Origin: Raja brachyura
Taxonomy: Eukaryota
Direction: 5' to 3'
Assembly: GCA_963514005.1 (NCBI GenBank)
Contig: OY740804.1
Location: 2,232,001-2,296,000, forward strand
Length of the DNA stretch: 64,000 nucleotides
The translations under genes were made by a program, and so were the position numbers. The first letter of the stretch is position 1, and every line of letters starts with the position of its first letter. The notes beneath the pieces were generated by a model. It did no database searches and was not told the origin of the DNA. It saw only the letters and a list, made by a program, of their open reading frames with translations. Of the stretch, positions 62,001-64,000 are shown in pieces.

Positions 62001-63033
62001 ATAATTACTAGCATTTTTTCAAATTATCTGGTGTTAAACTATGCCGTCTGTCAGACAGAATATGCTTCAGTTGTGAAAAACTTCTTTCTACCCCAGCTGA
62101 GGTCACTGGTGCATACCTGAAACAAGCTACATACTCTATATTCATGTAGATGTCTTGTGCATTGCAATTACCTTTGAGAACTTTAGCTACGTTTTGTATT
62201 TCTTCAAGATCTTTGTCAGCTAAAATCACTCTCTCACGTTTTCCTTGTATATCTTCACCGACATCGCCAGGACCTTTATGAATAGCGTCAGTTACTTTGT
62301 GGAAAACCTGCAAGTTATTCACTAATGTTTTGCCACCTTTCTCAAGGGAAGTGGTAGCTTGTGGGAAGTTTGCAAAATTGGAAGCATTAAATAGATTTTG
62401 GAGAAGACTGAACCAGCGGGCAGCGGCACGAATGAACGAACTACCGACGTTGGCGCCCCCAGTTTCGCCCCGGTGGTGGAAATGTTCTTGTAATTTATAC
62501 TATGTTAACACTTTAATAATAACATTAATATTAACGTGTTAATATAGAAAACGTTATTGTAATCATGGTACAACTAGACAAAATAGCACAACCTTTTAGC
62601 AAAAAAAGGCTGATTTAGGCACTCGATCGTGAAAAAGGCTTCTTGGCCAAATCATCAAAAAAGGCATGAAACGCCACATGGCATTAATGGCAAAATTACC
62701 ATACACACACACTGTTTACGTCGGGCACATGGAACTACAGGTGCTGGTTTACGAAAAGAAAAGACACAAAGTGCTGGAGTAACTCAATGGGTCAGGCAGC
62801 ATCTCTGGAGAACATGGATAGGTGACGATTACGGTCGAGATCCTTCTTCAGGCTGAGTTACTGAGGAGTTACTCCAGCACTTTGTGTCTTTCAATATTCA
62901 TTCCTTATCACAGTCAATTGGAAAATAACTCTTATTTTTTTTAATCTAATGCTAACGTAAAAAGTTTCCATCTTACTTCTGGGTGCCAAAGTTCCATCCT
63001 CCAATGGACAGCAGAGTCTTGAGGTTTGAATTC
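56068..63033 (-). CDS. CHIA: GH18 chitinase with CBM14 (CHIA-like), copy C, coding exons 4-11; 5' exons lie right of the window
   Basis: Exons 62977-63033, 61261-61426, 60198-60322, 59153-59279, 58286-58468, 57452-57568, 56792-56930, 56068-56306; open frame, intact DGLDIDWE. Confidence 0.94.
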
Positions 63034-64000
63034 CTTAAAAAAATGGACAAAATGTGGTTTTAGAATGATGTTTAGAACAACAGAACATTTTCAGAACTTC
63101 TCAGGAACTTCTGGATCTTCTGTTTTTTCGCCCCTTTGGTGTTACGTTTCGTTGAGGGGCTTTGCCTTAGTCTGGATCTCAAGGGGGTCACAGAAAATGA
63201 GGTACAAGTTCACGCAACAAGGCTTCATAAGCAAGGGCCAGTCTCACTCTGTGGGCTGAAGGGCCTATTTCCTCAATCTGTGACTCAATGATTCTGTTGG
63301 CCTGTCCAATAGCTTTCTCCTGAATATCCCCCTGGACCAAGTCACCTTTCAGACAGGGGAGGTGGATGAGATGAGAAAACCTTCAATAAATGGATGTGTA
63401 ACAGGGTCATGTCAAAGACCCCGCTGACCATCGATCACCTGTTCACACCAGTTCAACATTATCCCACTTTCTCATCCACTCCCTACGCACTTGGGGCAAT
63501 TTGTAGAGGCCAATTAACCTAGAAACCCTTTGTAATGTGGGAGAAAACCGGTAATCTGGAGAAAACCTACACCGTCACAGGGAGTACGTGCAAACTCCAC
63601 AGAAACAGTGCCCGAGGTCAGGATCGAACCCAGGTCTCTGGCGCCGTGAGGCAGTGACTCTACCTGCTGCCGCCCGGTACGTATAACAGATGGATTCTTG
63701 CCACATACTCTTCAAAACAACTTGTTCACTTAGATCGACCATTTTGAAGAGTTTGAAATCCAATGTTCATTAAACACTGGATGTCCCTTCACTTACAGCA
63801 AGGACCAGGGAATTCATGGTTAAATTTAACCCAATCAGACCCAAATCAGCAGGGTTCCACTCCACCCATTTGTCTCCATCGAGCTGTATCTCTGAGAAGT
63901 TAGGCATCACCTTGGTACTTAAAGTCTAAATTATCCCACTGAACCATCCTCTCACCAACTAGAGAGCGGCCCTGACCTCCCATCTACCTCATTGGAGACC

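Overview
Repeat-rich vertebrate genomic DNA, not prokaryotic. The CR1 LINEs, V-SINEs and Penelope-type termini suggest a cartilaginous fish, probably a skate or ray (inference). The window holds about 2.15 periods of a 28.5-31.2 kb tandem segmental duplication (offsets 28513 and 31214 bp). Each period has: (i) a minus-strand multi-exon GH18 chitinase with a C-terminal CBM14 domain (CHIA-like, intact DxDxE; coding exons 2-11 mapped, ATG exon not found); (ii) a decayed Gypsy LTR element; (iii) relics of a second, dead chitinase; and (iv) 2-3 small two-exon genes encoding putative secreted single Ig V-type domains. These Ig genes are the most striking feature. They share a near-invariant 46-aa signal plus propeptide ending in an RxxR convertase-type site, followed by a very divergent V domain with an extra Cys pair and no transmembrane segment. 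One pair of copies differs by 17 amino-acid replacements versus 1 synonymous change in the V domain. Their TATA promoters carry perfect ER-stress elements (CCAAT-N9-CCACG). Gain and loss of these genes is visible between the duplicated units. All coordinates and counts were made by eye; no database search was possible.
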